A stretch of 64,000 nucleotides of DNA. It comes from Balanoglossus misakiensis (taxonomy: Eukaryota; Animalia; Hemichordata). The stretch covers positions 1,957,830 to 2,021,829 of the forward strand of contig CM082593.2 of the NCBI GenBank assembly GCA_040954595.2. The letters are read 5' to 3'. Numbering within the stretch: the first letter of the stretch is position 1; every line of letters starts with the position of its first letter. Positions 63,001 through 64,000 of the stretch are shown here, one piece after another. The translations under genes and the position numbers were made by a program. The notes under the pieces are model-generated. The model was not told the origin of the DNA and searched no databases. It was given only the letters and a program-made list of their open reading frames with translations.

Positions 63001-64000
63001 AGTCTTATATGCTCCCAGTGGTTTCCATGAATACAACCTCGTGGAGGGGAAACTTCTTCAAAGAGATAAGCTGGCAACAATGCTGTCATTTCTCTTTGTT
63101 TCATTTCTTTCTTCTGCCTGCGAGTTTCAGCCTCGATGTCTATTGTGAAGGGAACAGCCCAAAAGCCCTTCTCCTCTCATCACCGCTCTGTATAACTTTT
63201 TCAACCAGTAATCCCCCTGGTAGCATCATGATAGCTTTTTCTGCCGAGGGGCAGGCTTTTCGGGGGAGGTGCGATTTTCTACAATCCTAGTCACCAGTTT
63301 TTTGTGTCATTATTTTACTTTACAGAGGAATTCAAGATGGCTACACCTAACAAATTAGTGCTTTTCAACTTCAAGAATTCTAATTACTGGTTGCGAACAA
63401 TTTACAACTGCAAAAGAAGTTGGCACAATGCATTGATACAAATTTCACCAGGAAAGTCAGAAGATTCCAATGTTCTTTCTTCAAACTGAGATTTTACATG
63501 TACAATGCTTCATTTGAAATGTTACATCCATAACTTCTAAAACTGTTTAAAATTGTTTGTTTTTTGCATCTGTTGCATTTTCTCTCGTTTCTTTAAGGTG
63601 TTTTGGGTCTAATCTTTCAACGATGACCAGAATAAGCTAACCATTGGGCTTAAATTGTGAAGAGTTTTGAAACAATGGATGAGAGCGGAGCAGCAGTGAA
63701 AAGCTGAACCAGCTTGTTGATCCAGGTGTTTGCAATAGAGATGGACACAGTAGCAATGGTCAAACAGAAAGAAAGAGAGAAATTCTTAGAATTCAACAGC
63801 AAACACTAACTTAAGGTTCTTTTTTCTAAATCTACTCAGTTAATTCAAAACAAATAGTACCCACTCAACCCAAGCTGAAGCATCTTATTTTGACAATGAA
63901 ATATGCACCGAACAAAACAGCGAAATCCTCTGCACTTTCAAAATACGCTGTTGACCAGTTTACATGTTCTCGTTTTGCACAAGGAATGCAGATAATTGGT

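Noticed and set aside
60100-64000. Short ORFs in the last 4 kb
   Set aside because: AT-rich intron-like sequence of BICC1; the expected upstream KH exon was not found, so it probably lies beyond the window.

Overview
Eukaryotic (metazoan, probably marine invertebrate) nuclear DNA: AT-rich, with GT-AG spliced genes. No prokaryotic operons, CRISPR arrays, rRNA or tRNA were seen. Gene order: a ZNF541/TRERF1-like C2H2+SANT gene (+); a 2-exon, 151-aa membrane-protein gene absent from the ORF track (+); an ADP/ATP translocase locus (-); SAR1 (+); CCAR1 (-); CFAP96/C4orf47 (+); AP1AR/gadkin (-); renalase (+); FAM151B-like (-); and the 3' part of Bicaudal-C (-). There are also a few MITEs and a minisatellite. 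The standout is the ANT locus: two paralogous first coding exons lie in tandem, followed by two paralogous terminal exons, each terminal exon with its own poly(A) signal. All four exons meet at the same phase-0 junction. The locus is therefore a 2x2 combinatorial cassette or a same-strand nested/interleaved gene pair. One terminal exon has lost several key nucleotide-binding and gating residues while keeping an intact ORF. Exon boundaries were assembled by eye and gene identities come from recalled homologous motifs; no database searches were run.
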